DNA of 64,000 nt from Psammoneis japonica (Eukaryota), in NCBI GenBank assembly GCA_008632985.1, contig QPGO01000026.1:124001-188000 (forward strand), read 5' to 3'. The stretch's first letter is position 1. Every line of letters begins with the position of its first letter. Positions 62,501 to 64,000 of the stretch are shown here, piece after piece. The notes beneath the pieces were generated by a model that was not told the DNA's origin, ran no database searches, and was given only the letters and a program-made list of their open reading frames with translations. Position numbers and translations under genes: made by a program.

Positions 62501-62821
62501 CATTCCGCATGGCGCGTCATCCTGGGAGGGGAACAAGGGGCTGCTGCTCGGATCACTTGTTGAAGATCTTGGGAATCGGCTGCAAGTGGATCGCCTCGGA
62601 TGGGATTCGTCATCATCAGAGGACAAAGAGGAAGAACTGCCGCTTTCTTTGGGTGCCCCCTCTATTGTGGCAGGAATGTCGCTTTGATCTGGGACCAGAT
62701 CTTGGGTTTGCAACTCTTGGGCAACTGAGCAACACGTCGGTGAGCATCTCCAATGGCAGGCTGTTCGCAAAAAACTTTGGCCACAACCGGGACAGAGAAG
62801 AGGGTTTCCGCCCATTGTCAA
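59600..62821 (-). mobile_element. Plavaka-type (CMC-related) transposase pseudogene
   Basis: FLLDPHL...DNPFGKY, GEWC, VIYLDKT, EPVIMT, WKPLGHLPDL, RDCHTCL, NMMHLFENG, GWKLQKLHETLH, NFDAGLGE, HPDHKSEGPWCDF; frameshifts and a deletion. Confidence 0.8.
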
Positions 62822-63270
62822 TCAGACAACATTGACAGGGCCTTCATCAAGACTCATGCTCATCGTCCTTGTCTTGTGGATGGGAGGGAAAAGAAGAACA
62901 ACACGCAAAAAAATGGCGGGAAATTGGCAAACATTGCATTTCTTCCAGATTTGGATGATTCTTGTGGGCATGACGTGTCTGCATTTTGATTTTTTATCTG
63001 GCATTCACCATGAATGTTGCACTTTTTATTTGCTGTCAAAATGCGAAATGTTGTCTGCATTGAAACGCAATGACAGCCACACGAAAAAGTGGGTTGGACC
63101 ATTCGTTGTTATGTGCAAACACATTTTCAAATTTCAGTGTTGCTGACAATAATTTGTGCAATGTCACAGAGAAAAATAGAGTGCCTGGCTGTCTCAACAC
63201 GACCCAATCGACGGTTGCACTGTCGAACAGTGCCACTCCTCTCATTGTTGCTGTGAAAAGATCAAGCAAG

Positions 63271-64000
63271 ATGTCGTCTCCAGCACCACCGGCAAAGAAG
63301 AGAAAGAAAAATGAGACTGTCAAGCAAATGAGCCCGAGACTTCAGGCAGTGTTGAAGAGAACAGGTGCGCAGGCAGCGCATGGTGCTTTGAAATCAGAAG
63401 CAGAGAAGGTGGCCAGAAATGATCTCTTTCCACAGCTGAAGTTTCTCAGTCCGTCAGAATTGGCAAGCAATGGGAGCGTCTCAATGTTTGTCAAGAAACA
63501 GATTGCTGGTGGCAACATGGACACTTCAAATTGGTCAGGAACTTGGGAGGAATGGGCAAAAAAGGCGGTAAAAAGGCAAATTAACAATCGCAGAAACACG
63601 GTGTGTTCGGCTGTTGGGGTGGAGGCAATGGCCCGTAAGTTGAGTGACCAATGTGTGTGATTCGAGAGTTGCGTGCATCTCACAAGAATGTGACGGTGAT
63701 GCTTTGTCTGTGCAGCCGTTGTCACCAAGGAAGAGGGAAAGGAAAAAGAAAAGAAACTCAAGGCGGCAGTCAGGAGGAAAAAGCAAAACAGGAAAAAGTC
63801 AAGCCGTGACATCAATGAAGAGAATGACATCCCGTTTGTGCCGACATGGGATCCGTTTGGCCTGGACACCATCACAAGCAAGAAACGAAGGAACAAGCAG
63901 GCACACAAGTGGTTCTGTGATCACATCCTGCCTCAAACCAAGCAAAAGCAGGCATGGAGTCGCACCATCAAAACTGGGAACGCACAGGTCTCACAGTTGT
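63271..64000 (+). pseudogene. Divergently oriented accessory ORF of the Plavaka-type element (intron from 63635), running off the window
   Basis: NLS-like PAKKRKK, NDLFPQLKFL, INNRRNTV, GTAAGT donor, downstream AHKWFCDHIL; same TpA depletion. Confidence 0.5.

Noticed and set aside
20930..64000. Hundreds of overlapping Cys/His-rich ORFs in all six frames suggesting novel metal-binding proteins
   Set aside because: Expected by-product of TpA loss: TAA/TAG stops disappear and TGY/CAY codons accumulate. Not evidence of genes.
1770..64000. Alternative genetic code or recoding (TGY/CAY read as Tyr)
   Set aside because: Host genes in the same window use TAY normally, and the changes also affect non-coding LTRs, TIRs and flanks.
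1770..64000. Classical RIP or plain 5mC deamination as the sole explanation
   Set aside because: Both are C to T and cannot turn TAY into TGY or CAY; CpG decay explains only the CG-derived differences.

Overview
Eukaryotic nuclear DNA, most likely from a pennate diatom (inference from CoDi-like copia elements, a diatom-type METH fragment, a bipartite plastid-targeting presequence and short GT-AG introns). Small gene islands (about 1-1.6, 11.6-20.9, 28.3-29.7 and 35.4-39.1 kb) encode a papain-like protease, copine, class-3 lipase, an EGF-repeat surface protein, a Uma2/PD-(D/E)XK protein, a beta-propeller protein and a thylakoid-lumen protein. They alternate with blocks of nested transposable elements: two LTR elements with paired LTRs, a copia remnant, a CRE-type LINE fragment, several TIR elements, a Plavaka-type element, and captured METH and kinesin fragments. 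The main observation is a RIP-like hypermutation confined to the repeat blocks that converts TpA to TpG or CpA (A:T to G:C, the opposite direction to fungal RIP). It replaces conserved Tyr with Cys or His in every recognisable TE protein, is visible between paired LTRs and TIRs and between paralogous copies, appears to spare YTAR contexts, runs ahead of CpG decay and leaves neighbouring genes largely untouched. All calls are by-eye motif recognition; no searches or counts were computed.
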